Origin: Mytilus trossulus
Taxonomy: Eukaryota
Direction: 5' to 3'
Assembly: GCF_036588685.1 (NCBI RefSeq)
Contig: NC_086378.1
Span: 31,496,001-31,560,000 of the forward strand
Length of the DNA: 64,000 nucleotides
In this document: in pieces, positions 35,601-48,200 of the stretch
Position numbering within the stretch: the stretch's first letter is position 1
How the letters are laid out: each line of letters opens with the position of its first letter
Position numbers and translations under genes: made by a program
Notes under the pieces: generated by a model
The model's database searches: none
What the model saw: the letters and a program-made list of their open reading frames with translations, nothing else
What the model was told of the DNA's origin: nothing

Positions 35601-38600
35601 GCTTTCCCATATTGCCTCTCGATTAAGGATTTTTTTCGTTATTCAATGATACTGGAATACTCATTTTACTGCTGTTTACAATTTACTTCACTAGTCCAGC
35701 GTTTTAGTGAAAGGTTCCTGTATTTTTACAAGAAAAAAACAGTCAAAACTACATTTAACAACCCTTCTGTAATAGCTTTGGAGAAAAACTCCACATAGGT
35801 CGTGTTATTTTATCATGGAAGAGATGAACACATTTACATAGTGTGAGAAGTCAAATTGCATTGACCGTATATTCATATGTGATATACAGTCACAGCCTCG
35901 CTTTCTACTTGTTTCTAATCCTTGTACAAATAAAATTGATATTTCGAGACGATATAAAAAAGAAGGTGTGGTATGCTTGCCAATGAGACAACTATCCACA
36001 AAAGACCAAAATGACACAGACATTAACAACTATAGGTCATCATATGGCCTTCAACAATGTATGGTTATTCTATATATACGTATACACACCCAACTCCACA
36101 CAAAATTATTCCCATCTAGTGATAGCAGAGGTATCTTGTATTTCTAAGTTGGATTACTTACAGGAACACATTTAGGATTACTGGAGATGAGATGTGCACT
36201 AGTTACGTGGGTGGTCTGGTCATCGTTACATTTCATATCCAATGTGAACTCAACTGAACACTCTGGGCAAAACTCTTCACATGTACAATCCTAAAAACAA
36301 ATGTGAAAATATTAATTACTAGTATATACAGGAAATTGACAAATCTACACATGCATTTGTATTTAAAATGAAGAATTACATATCCAACTTTTAAACCTTT
36401 ACTCTTTAAGTAATCACATGCTAGAAATGAATAAGAAAAGATTTTACATGAATTAAACATGAAACTACTCTTGCCCTTCAAGGAATGGATGAAAAAATAA
36501 CATCAGCATCTGATACTTTAAAGTTTGGTATTCATCAAGAACATCCACAAACATTCAGAGTTTGTGAAAAGTGTCAGTCCTCATGATTTCACCACCAAAA
36601 TTTTAAATAGGACTGACATAATTTTAGTATTTTTCAATAGATTAATAGTGAGGACCAGGTGATTTTCTTCAAGGACCACCTGGAGGGAAAAGATTTCCCA
36701 ACTCTGCAAAATCCTTTTCCATTGATTATAATCTTACTCTAGAATACTGCATCCTGTCCACTATTTCATCACTGGTCAGCGGTATCAAACCAATTCTGTG
36801 GGCTAGAAACTCATCAAATAACACCGTAGAGTTGGATTCCATCTGTACCCAATCTATTGCTGAAATTAATAAAATAAACATTGATAAACATCATCTTACA
36901 TAAACATTATAAACATAGTTCAAATGATATCAATTTATCTAATTCATCATTCCTAACTTTAACTATATTCAAATAAAAGGACTATTGTAAAAATATTATG
37001 TTAAACATAAACCTGATCATAAACCTAATCACCATGATCACAAACTAATAAATTGAAACCCCCTCCCCCCCTCCGGGATTGAGACAGTATGCATAAGTCT
37101 CGCTACTCCAAACTAGCTGAGGCAAGACAAAGCATTGAAACGTAAAATTCTTTGGCTGTCATGTAACTAGTAACTGTCCTTACTTTTTTAACCCAAAAAT
37201 GTACAATGTAGTATACATGATTTTTTTTTATCAAACAGTCTAAACTGCAAATTATATATCAATAAGTGTTATTTTTTTATATTTTCTTTGGAAAAAAATA
37301 CAAGTAATTTACCCTAATTCATTCATTCTTGACACATAATTCACATAATAGATCAAAAGTAATTATATATCTTAATATCATTCTATAATATACATGTACC
37401 AACCATCTAAGATTGAACATTGAACTCAAGAACTGTGTTTTGAAATTAAAGCTGTGTATTGAGTTGTGTAATAAATAGTGTAAGACTAGTCCATTTACCA
37501 TGAGAGATAATACATTGTTATATGCAGTATATATTTGACCATGTTGACAGGGTTAAGTAAATAACAAATGAGTAAAAGCCCCTATACTACATGTACACAA
37601 ATTAAAAGATGTATAAACTCCAACTTCAGACGAAAACATTAAACTATGTCATGTATGTGCAGGATTTAACCTGTGTCAACCCTCTCTATGACTTGCAATT
37701 GCAACAGACTGCAAAATTAAATTAAAATTATTGTTTCTTTTTCATTTTATTATTTGTCATTATGGAAACTTCAATAAAGCTTTTCATTGTAGTTTTTGTG
37801 CAAGATAAAACTTATAATATATGACTCAGCTGATATGATTTTTTTTATAAACAATCAACACAATAAAAGTAAAATACAATTCATAACATGCATATTAATG
37901 TTAAATATTTGTTTAATTATATATCTGACATAGTTACCCATGGTTGGAACTTCAGCTATGCATACTCTTCTAACAGCATTTGCAACACTGTAATCAAATA
38001 AAATGAAATATAATCGTTATCAAATGCCAGAGCTCCAGATAAGCTGCGTATTTGCGTGATCACGCAATACAAATATTAGAAAACCCAATGCAATTGTCCA
38101 TTGTAGGGTTCAACAACCCAATTAATTCAACGGAAAACCCAATTATATGCCAAAACCATGAGTTTTCAACCCTTTTATTGACCACCGTTTGCGTTATTTA
38201 CCCTTACATGTATCTGTTTAAAGTCGTCGCGTAAACTATTTTTATAATATTTATAATTGGAAATTTCCTGTCGTTCTAAAAATAGATCCCTGCATCAAGT
38301 ACCTGAAATGGGTCCCTGTTTGAGATTTCCCTTGCTCAATAGGTACACGTGTTTTTGTAAACATTTCGATCTTCTCGGCGTTTATCTAATGAGTGTGTTT
38401 TATGAGTCATATTTTTTTCGCACTGCTCGGGATTTATCATAACATACATTGAATTAAAACGAAAGTGAATGTCCGGTAAAAATATTGAATAGAAGCATGT
38501 TTTCGGCTTCTTTTGAAAAGCTGAGGGAAAGTTATGATGATAACAAGACTCAGCTAGTGTTTTTAGGAAGCGTCCATCAAATGCACGGGCGTTTGTGCGT

Positions 38601-41600
38601 ACCATAACGAGAACATTGCTAATAAACACGGAGTTTCATCAAAATCGAAATCAGTTGAAAAATGTAAAAGGCCAAATCAATTATGAAATGATACGGCATC
38701 AGAAACCAAAAGTTATAAATAAAATACAACTAAACCCAGATTTATGTCAATTGAATAAAACAAAAGTATTCAGGTATAATTAGATTTTATATACTATTTT
38801 TTATTCATTTTACGGTTAATTATATAATGAATACACATACCATGCACACAGGCACTGGTCTCAGAATTTATTATATTAAGGTATAAGACGAGTGCCTGTG
38901 AATACACATATCCGTTTTTGTGAGAAAATACAAAACTGGCAAAAGGTTTGAAACGGGACACAATTTAAACCTACAATTGCTCCTCAGTGATTAAACCAAA
39001 TAAAACAGCTAGCAAATAACCTAACCATAACCCCAAACCAAATAAAACAGTTAAACAAAGAAAGAAACATATTTAAGATGGGAAAAATGGGTTGATATTG
39101 CCTAAATATTCAATATTGTGTCGATGAAAAAACCCAATTCATTAAGGAGCTTGGTGGTGAAAAACCCAATTTGATATTAACCTGAGGGGTGAATTGGAAT
39201 TGATAATGCAATTAAAAAACTTTATCACCCAATTATATAACAAAATGGTGGGTAAAAACCTCAATTTGTGAATTCTTATCTGGAGCTCTGAATGCAGAAC
39301 TAAATTCCTTTAGAATGTTAGACAAAAAGATTTAAAATACCATGGCCCAATCATTGCAGATCCAGATGAGGATAATTTCTTCCTCTTTTTAAATGTACAT
39401 ACATGTAGGTTGTGGATGCAACTGCATGTAGTGGCAGTTGTCAAAAATTATGAAGGAGTGCAGAAATAGGAAAGTAGATAGATAACAGATATAAGATCAT
39501 ATACATGTACAAGGGAGGATCCAGCTTTTTTTAAAAGGAGGGTTTCAAACACAGGAAAAAGGTTGGGTTCCAACTACATGTCCCCATTCAAATGCATTGT
39601 TCGCCCAAAAAAAGGGGGGTGTTGGCTCCCCCTGGATTGGCCACTGCATTTACGAAGATGACATACCTGCCAACTGTCACTATTTATGGGGGATTTCCCC
39701 CATGGAGGCTCCCAAATTGAAATTTTTAAAGAGCAATTATGTCCACAATTTTAACAAAACAATTAATTTTACAATGAATTGAGGCTTATTAAAGTATGAA
39801 GAAGCCAAAAAACAACATTACACTGTATTTGAAGGCCCCCATGAAGGATTTTTAGGAGTATGGCAGCCATCTTGCACACAAAACCCCCATGGAAATTTTG
39901 AAAACTTGGCAGGTATGAGATGTAGGTATGATTAGTGCCAATCAATGAGACAACTCTCCATCCAAGTCACAATTTGTAAAAAGTAAACCATTTAAGGTCG
40001 AAGAACATCCCTCAAGGCAGAGCATTGGGTCACACCAAATAACAAGCTATAAAGGGCCACAAATAACTAGTGTAGGACAATTTAAACTAGAGGCTCTAAA
40101 GAGCCGGTGTCGCTCACCTTGGTCTATGTGAATATTAAACAAAGGAAGTAGATGGATTCATGACAATATTGTGTTTTGGTGATGGTGATGTGTTTGTACA
40201 TCTTACTTTACTTTAATAACAGTCTTGCTGCTTAACATTATCTCTGTCTATAATGATCTTGGCCCAGTAGTTTCAGTGGAATATGTTAATAAAAACTTAC
40301 AAATTTTATGAAAATTGTTAAATATTGACTAAAAAAGGACAATAACTCCTTAGGGGGTCAATTGACCATTTCGGTCACGTTGACTTATTTGTAAATCTTA
40401 CTTTGCTGAACATTCATTGACATTATTGCTGTTTACAGTTTATCTTTATCTATAATAATATTCAAAATAACCAAAAACAGCAAAATTTCCTTAAAATTAC
40501 CAATTCAAGGGCAGCAACCCAACAAATGGTTGTCCAATTTGTCTGAAAATTGCAGGGCAGATAGATCTTGATCTAATTAACAATTTTACCCTGTCAGATT
40601 TGCTCTTAATGCTTTGGTTTTTGAGTTATAAGCCAAAAACTGCATTTTACCCCTATGTTCTATTTTTAGCCGTGGCAGCCATCTTGGTTGGTTGACCGGG
40701 TCACGCCACATGTTTTTTAAACTAGATACCCCAAAGATGATTGTTGCCAAGTTTAGATTAATTTGGCCAAGTAGTTTCAGAGGAGAAAATTTTTGTAAAA
40801 GATCACTAAGATTTACGAAAAATGGTTAAAAATTGACTATAAAGGGCAATAACTCCTGAAGAAGGCAACTGACCATTTCAGTCATGTGGACTTATTTGTA
40901 AATCTTACTTTGCTGAACATTAATGCTGTTTACAGTTTATCTCTATCTATAATAATATTCAAGATAATAACCAAAAACATCAAAATTTCCTTAAAATTAC
41001 AAATTCAGGGGCAGCAACCCAACAAAGGGTTGTTCGATTCGTCTGAAAATTTCAGGGCAGATAGATCTTAACCTTATAAACAATTTTATCCCATGTCAGA
41101 TTTGCTCTAAATGCTTTGGTTTTTGAGTTATAAGCCAAAAACTGCATTTTACCCCTATGTTCTATTTTTAGCCGTGGCGGCCATCTTGGATGGTTGACCT
41201 GGTCACGCCACACATTTTTTAAACTAGATACCCCAATGATGATTGTGGCCAAGTTTGGTTTAATTTGGCCCAATAGTTTCAGAGGAGAAGATTTTTCTAA
41301 AAGCTAACGACGATAGACGACAACGGACGACAGACGCCGAACGACAGACGCCGGACGAGGACGACGGACGCCAAGTGATGGGAAAAGCTCACTTGGTCCT
41401 TTGGGCCAGGTGAGCTAAAAAGGAAAACCAAGTCTCATCTACATAAAACATTAGAAACAAGATACCCTTATGAACCACATCTAAAAACAGATTCCCGACT
41501 TTGGACAGGTGCAAACAAAAACTTTAACCATTACCCCAACATGACGCAGTATATATTATAACATAACAATTTACAACAGTCAACATAGAGAAGACACATT

Positions 41601-41949
41601 TCAATAATGTTGATTATTTGATCGTTTTTTTCTTCAGCAATGTCATTAATCCATTCTTTCTGTACAACTTGAACAAATCAATGTTGTGGCAGTGATAAGA
41701 GTTCGAAATATCTAGTTTAAAGAGGAAAAGAAATCCAGTTTTTTTAATTTTTAAAATCACTTTCATCTTTTTACAGACTACATTTTTGTACATGCAGCAC
41801 CAGTATCAGAATCAATCTAATTTAAGAGGCATAGCAGATATGTTAATTAAGTGTTTTTGTAACCTCAAATCAGTATCTTCAAGCGTGAATTTAAGATTTT
41901 CGTCTGTTAGTTCTGTTAAAGTTACAGTAGGTTGATTAGCGTATGGCAT
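23623..41949 (-). CDS. POLR2C: RNA polymerase II subunit RPB3, 273 aa; exons 41949-41864, 37987-37938, 36859-36738, 36290-36162, 31938-31890, 28168-28000, 25672-25635, 23801-23623
   Basis: [51 protein letters not shown]...[18 protein letters not shown]...[14 protein letters not shown]...KEHAKWNPT...[19 protein letters not shown]. All introns are GT-AG with consistent phases (822 nt total). Minus-strand AATAAA at 23381-23386. Confidence 0.97.
23859..24059. mobile_element. MITE in the last POLR2C intron
   Basis: TIR GAGGGGGGATAGGA / TCCTATCCCCCCTC with internal ATCCCGAAATCCC repeats. Confidence 0.75.
24186..24967 (+). mobile_element. HINE-like element family B (one internal unit)
   Basis: Begins AAACTAGAGGCTC.AAAGAG...GCTCACCTTGG, has a (GGAC/GAC) microsatellite, and ends in hairpin AGCTCACTTGGCCCTTTGGGCCAGGTGAGCT. 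Second copy at 40084-41420. Confidence 0.8.
25971..27914 (+). mobile_element. HINE-like element family A with internal satellite arrays (~180-bp and ~160-bp units)
   Basis: 5' AACCAGATGCTC...TTTATACGACCGCA subterminal IR; 3' (GAC)n then TATACGAC...TGCGGTCGTATAAA; tandem units containing GGGCCC. Confidence 0.85.
29119..31540. mobile_element. Non-autonomous DNA transposon with ~220-bp TIRs, interrupted by a family A element
   Basis: 29119-~29338 (ATTATAGCGAACCCTATTGAACCTTTCTATAG...) is the reverse complement of ~31322-31540. Confidence 0.85.
29356..30971 (+). mobile_element. HINE-like element family A, second near-identical copy with fewer internal units
   Basis: Colinear with 25971-27914 and has the same termini. 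Confidence 0.85.
32450..34781 (+). CDS. Nested antisense gene: N-terminal SOCS box plus NEK6/7-like pseudokinase, 302 aa; exons 32450-32578, 33699-33873, 34177-34781
   Basis: Open frame across two GT-AG introns (phase 0, then 1; 909 nt). An in-frame TAA lies just upstream of the ATG. SOCS box: [23 protein letters not shown]|[15 protein letters not shown]. Kinase motifs: [52 protein letters not shown] at the stop and at about 35054. Confidence 0.85.
32655..33105 (+). mobile_element. Non-LTR retrozyme unit: 333-nt monomer bounded by two degenerate hammerhead motifs
   Basis: Direct terminal repeats each contain CTGATGA-GTC..ATGTA GAC (32700 and 33033). The GAAA box is lost or mutated in both. 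Confidence 0.8.
35372..35550 (-). mobile_element. Possible decayed tRNA-derived SINE
   Basis: Minus strand has an A-box-like TGGTCAAGTGG and a B-box-like GATTTGAAACCC; both are degenerate. Confidence 0.35.
38028..39290. mobile_element. Non-autonomous DNA transposon, 16-bp perfect TIR, 5-bp TSD (hAT5-like)
   Basis: AATGC|CAGAGCTCCAGATAAG ... CTTATCTGGAGCTCTG|AATGC, with subterminal AACCCAAT repeats. Confidence 0.9.
40084..41420 (+). mobile_element. HINE-like element family B (two internal units)
   Basis: Same termini as 24186-24967 with the internal block duplicated. It is inserted into a copy of the TGCCAATGAGACAACTCTCCA repeat. Confidence 0.8.
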
Positions 41950-42272
41950 TTTCTTGCTTGTGTATTGCAGTAAACCCTCGAAATCTTAAACCGGAAATAA
42001 AACCGTATTGTCCCATTAAAATTTGTAGGGGTGGACAAGTTACAAAAAAATCTTTGGAATCAGTTTAAAGACGAGATATTAATAAATACTCCTTTATAAA
42101 TAAAGAAACTGTCAGCCTTAAGCAATAACATACTTCAAGAATGACATTGCCAGGCAAAAACTATGTTTGTGTGATATAAATATCAAACTTACCCTACAGC
42201 AATTTATTTGGCACATCTTGTTTACTTCCGGTTTCGGGACAGCTGTGGTCATCAGAAACAAACAGCATAAAC
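41950..42272. promoter_or_regulatory. Bidirectional promoter POLR2C / RPRD1B with oppositely oriented ETS-type sites
   Basis: 323 bp separate the divergent ATGs. ACCGGAAAT is at 41990 and ACTTCCGGT at 42224. Confidence 0.8.
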
Positions 42273-45200
42273 ATGTCTTCATTTACAGATAGCAACTTCG
42301 TAAAGAAATTAAGCGAACTGAACAACACACAGCAGAGTATTCAGACTTTATCTTTATGGCTGATTCACCACAGAAAACATTCAAAAACCATAACCCAAGT
42401 ATGGCTGAGAGAACTGCAAAAAGGTTATACCTGGCTACAATATCTAAATACACAACAGCACGTGTAACGTGTCTAAAATGTCAATATTGTATATATTTGA
42501 TGAAGATAACATTTCTAACAATGAGTTGACATTCTGCAATGTTAGCTAGTAAATGCCATAGTCTGTTAAGGTGCACTTGCAAGCCTCAAAAGAAGTTATT
42601 TGTCTCAAAAACAGGTTAGAACCAGCTACATGTACCTGAATGAGTTTGAACTGTTTCACATACATGTAATGCATCCGTTCGTTAAACATATTAAAAAAGT
42701 CAATGAGGATATGAATTTTAAATGTTAATAATTTTAAATGTTATGAATTTAATTATGTGAGTAAGCCCATGATCTTTTTTTGAAAATTATATTCATGGAT
42801 ATACTAGTCCGAGATTACTCTGATATCCAACGGCTGTTTTGCCAGTCAATCTGGACCGTGGCCAGGGCGCATCAGAGCTCGTCCAATATCAAAAAGTGGA
42901 TATTTACCTTCTAAAACAAATGCAAGTCTACCGTTCTACCATGTCACTGTAATGTCTACATAGCTTCTGGAGCTGACTGGTCTTGGATGTAAATAAATCA
43001 ATTACAGATTCTTTAACTCTCTTTCAACTTCGCACCCTACACATTAGCTTTCAAAGCCTGTTCACACCCTACAAGCTCCCATCCTTTTTATTGGTTTTGT
43101 GTTTAATAATTTGGAATCAAGTTTTGGTAAGCATGGTAAGTCATGAAAGTGTATTGCTACAGCATGTATAAAAAAAAAAATCATTATCTTCATTCATGTT
43201 TTAAAATAAAGTGAGATAAAAGGTGCCAAGTTAAAAACAATTATCTTTCATGTTTCTATTAAATCTTAAATGTTTTACCAAGCTAAATACATCAACATGC
43301 AGTATTTACATCAAGACAAGTTAAAACAAGTTGTAGGGTTTTGAGTGTGTTAGTACTTACAAATGTAGTGTTGTATTTGTCTGCATGTAGGTTTGACTCT
43401 CAATATAATAACAAGTATGTGGTTCAATATTCATTCAAAACAAGCATAGAATCATAAGTACAATATACGTAGAAACGCGACGTCACATCATTGGTGGCGA
43501 TGGCACACATACGAACGCATAACGTTTCCACAATCCTCGACACAAGTCATGATTTTCATATGCTTAATCTTGTTAAAAGGAATTCATAACAAATTGCCAC
43601 ACACCAAATCACCCCACTTTGTTACCAACTCGGCCCACGTTTAATCGCTCCATTCACTGAATGTTTACCAACACGACCCACTAATGAAATGAGTAAAATA
43701 CCATTGAATATACATTTTTAGGTCTAACAACTCGTCCAGCTTTTGAAACCAAAGGGCTAAAATCCCTCTGAATATAGGTCTGCCAACTCTTCCCACATAT
43801 ATATGAAAAATAGAAAAATTCTGAGGAAATTTTTCCTGCCAACTGGCCCAACTTATGAAACATGAGGCAATCCAATAGAATATAGGTCATCATATGTTCC
43901 AGTCTGATCTCAGTTCTTCATTTGTGATATTTTGATGTTAAATTTTCTACCTAACCTCTGAATTTCCTATTGTGACGTCTTAGAAGAGGCGACCATGCCT
44001 GATAACATCACATAGAAATAAAACATTTTTGTAGATCTTTGATTAACTTCGTCTGCATTTTGTCTAAACATAATTAATTTACATGTACATGAATATTAAT
44101 TTGATCTTATATCCTGTTAAACTGAAAGCCAAGTCATATTTGCTCTAAAGACTATTGGTGGTAACAAAATATTATTGACCACATACATGTATCTTAAGAC
44201 CATTGTAAATTTTGTAAACTGCATGCACATGAATGATTGATGTATGTATTAACCTTACATGTGTGTAAACTATTCAAAGAACAGATAATTATTTACTTTA
44301 TTGTTTTCAGTCCGTCCTTCAATGAGATTGATATATATGTACCTAGCTAATGATGTAATACAGAACAGTAAGAAGAAAGGACCTGAATTTACCAGAGATT
44401 TTGCTACTGTAATGACAGATGCTTTTGCTTCAGCTACAAAGTAAATATAAACCTGAGTTACTGCAAGAAGCTGTTATACCAGAAAAACTTTCATAGATAG
44501 ATACATGTATAAGAAGATGTGGCATGTATGCCAATGAGACAACTCTGAAAAGTCTGAAAATAAGTTTTGGTTTGGGAAGAGTACATGTACAATATAAATG
44601 GCCTATAGCATTGAATTGACATGCAACTTAGATTTGTATGCCCCACCTACGATAAAAGAGGGGCATTATTTTATCTGGTCAGTGTGTCCGTCCATCTGTT
44701 TGTTCCTTCGTCTGTCCCGCTTCAGCTTAAATTTTTTGGTCGAGGTAGTTTTTGATGAAGTTGAAGTCCAATCAACCTGAAACTTAGTATATATGTTCCT
44801 TATGATATGATCTTTCTAATTTTAATGCCAAATTAATGTATTGACCCCAATTTCACGGTCCAATGAACATAGAAAATGATTGCGGGAGTGGGGCATCTGT
44901 GTACTGGGGACGCATTCTCGTTTTAAGCAAATTTACAAATTATAGCTCATTTGAGAGTCTCTTTATAATATCAAGGTCCTCTGTCATAAAACTTGACTCA
45001 GTGCTTGAATACAAAATATGTGCTTGAAACACTCAATCCAGCCTTTTGATAGATTGAAATTTGAGTCTTTTGGGGAAATAATTATACACCAATTTTTTAT
45101 GACTGTGAGGCAAGTGCCAATATGGAAAAGGCCATGTAATAATCTATAAATATTTTGTAAGAATAAAATAATGTATTCCATTATTAAACAGAAAATTAAT

Positions 45201-48200
45201 ATTTTAGAGGAATACCTTTTCTGAAAATTAATATTATACATTTTGTACATGAAAACCAAGGAAATATATATATTAAAACAGACAAAAAATTATCTGAATA
45301 ATGTATAAATAGACTAATATGTATCTTTAATTTAACATATATTTTAAGTACATTCTATGTCTTTTAAATATTTCACAGTTTTTAAAATAGTTGAGAGTAC
45401 ACTTTGATGATATAGATCGTGTGCATGTGTAGAAAGAACAACGGCATTGTCAGTTTGTTTTCCATCTATGAGTTTGACTGTTCCTCTGGTATCTTTCGTC
45501 CGTCTTTTGTATTAACTAAAATAGTTATCCTGTAAATATTTGTGGAATAGTTCTGAAAATAAAGAGCTTTAGTAAATATTTTAATGCTGTTAATTTGTAG
45601 AGATGCTGAGGAAAAGGTGAAGAAATCAGTGGATAGAATATTAAATATATGGCAGGAACGAGGTGTTTATAGTAAAAACACAATAGACAAAATCAAAAGT
45701 GGAACAGGTGAGAAAAAACAAATGGGTCATACTTAGATGCAACAAACCTAGGCATAGAATTATCTTATATGTGTACCACCAACTTTGGGTTTGCCTGCCA
45801 TCTAAGAAAAATGAAATATTTTCCCATAACTTTTGGGGATCACTCATGTACATGTATGTGTTATCTGTTTGCAACAATAGGTCAATTGGCACAGATATTT
45901 TTGGGTTTATACTTGGAGACTAAAGCATAAAACATCATTGTTATTTTATTCTTTATTAAAACAGATTCATCTTTTGAATGAATTCGAATAAAATAAGTGG
46001 TTCATCTAGGATATAGATGTTTGAAAGTTACATTTGATGCTTTAGGCAACCTTATACAATCATTGGTTACTGTTAAGTTTTTTGTATGGCACAAAACTTA
46101 TGTTTCATCATTTGTTTTAAATAGGTATTGTTTGAAGATCAAGAAACATATGTCACTCTCTCAAGAGTATAAGCTTTATTACATATTTAATTTTCAGGAA
46201 ACCAAATTGTTCACAAAAGTGGTGAGTACGCTATCAATTTTACTTTGCTTGTCTGGAACTCTGTATATACATTTTGTACCATCTGACCATCATCCATATT
46301 GTATGTGTTTTAAGCAGAAAAATTATTGTTTCAGTGTTTTGTATAAAAGAGCACTCTATGGTAAACTAAATATCTTGTAGTTGTTATATGGTAACATTTG
46401 AAATTTCCAAATTGTTCAGATTAAAAAATAAGGTTAAGGCACCTTAATCAAGATGTGTCATCTCAAAAATTATTTTTCAAGATTGATTTTTTTTGTTTGA
46501 AAAACTCAATAAGATTGATTGTTCTGTAAGAAACTTGATAAACTGTTGAGTGCTCTTTAGGGTAAGTAATAAATAGAAGTGGTACTTGGTTGCCTTGGCA
46601 AACAGATTTCTGGTTATTGGACTGTATTTCTCAAATTTGCAATCTATAGCTAATCAAACATCAAAAATCTCTAATTTCTTAAAAATATTGGTTTGAAATT
46701 TATTATTTAAGATAAAATGTAACTTTATTGTTATAAATTATTTATATTTAATTTTATAATTACTTTGAACATTCATTTGTTTTATAGCCATAGTCATGAT
46801 AGTCAGATAAAAAGTATTTTAGATAATAAAAAAAAAAGATACATAATAGTGTGATTTTAAGTATGAAAAACATATTACTCGTTTAGCTATTGAATTTGAG
46901 AAATACAGTTACTATGCGTGGTGTTTGCACTTACATGCTTGCTTGCAATTGATGTATGTTGTGGTGTGTCTTTCTATTGTAGCCCTTCAAGACATTACAG
47001 AGAGAAGGAAGAAAAAGATTGAAGAATATATACCTACCTATAAAAAAGGTGAAATTTGTGTAGTGTGTTGAGAAGGGAAAGGGGGAGGCAACCTGATATA
47101 ACTTATTTATACATAAGTCATTTTCATCTTAAATAACATCAACATCATTCATTTTAAATATTATATGTTGTCGGTAATTATAAATAATTTCAGAAGATTT
47201 CTAGAACAAATGTTTTATTTTTACAGCTATATCAGATATAGCTGCTGAAATAAACTTAAAAAGAGGAAGAGACAAGAAAAAAGTAGAGGAATATGTACCT
47301 GTCAATAAGGTCAAAGGTTAGTATAGAAAAAAGTAGAGGAATGTGTACCTGTGAATAAGGTCAAAGGTTAGTACAGAAAAAAGTAGAGGAATATACCTGT
47401 CAATAAGGTCAAAGGTTAGTACAGAAAAAAGTAGAGGAATATGACTATGTACCTGTGAATAAGGTCAAAGGTTAGTATAGAAAAAGGTAGAGGAATATGT
47501 ACCTGTGAATAAGGTCAAAGGTTAGTATAGAAAAAGGTAGAGGAATATATACCTGTGAATACGGATAAAGGTAAGTACAATCAGAGGTTTTATTACATTG
47601 GTTGCAATGAATTACATTGATTTCCCAGTTAGATAAAAACCGATAATTTCACATGTGAAATAAAGGTGGTTATTTCACTCATTGATGTCATACAACAATA
47701 AGCGTTGTCAAGACGTCGATAACGTCGAAGCAAAACATGCGTAGGAAAAACATATAGTTCCTTACATTTTCTACATTAATTTCATAAAAAAACAATTTGA
47801 CAATGTAATAAAAAGTATAACTAATTGCCGTATTTGAATATAAAAAAATAACACAACGCATGACCGAACGACGCATGGATTAAACTACTATGAAAAAAAC
47901 ACTCAAGGGAATATGGTAGTAATTTGATTAGACACATGTTTGTTTGTAGGGCATTTTCTTCAGGATAAAGCAATAAAGTAACACAATCAATACAAATTTG
48001 TTCAATAAGATACACTTCAAAAAGACACCAGGGGAAGTAACTTACTTTCAATATGAAACTATTCTAGCATTTTATAGGAAATTCAGTTTTTTTTTACGAT
48101 CATTAATTTTTGATTTTTCATGATCATTATCTCTGCTTTTATTAAAGATTAGTTGGAAGCTTCTTTCATGGATATGAGTGAGCCAAAAAATTAGATTTTC

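Noticed and set aside
42800-44180. Possible additional transposon(s) in RPRD1B intron 1
   Set aside because: Composition suggests TE origin, but I could not define matching termini or TSDs.
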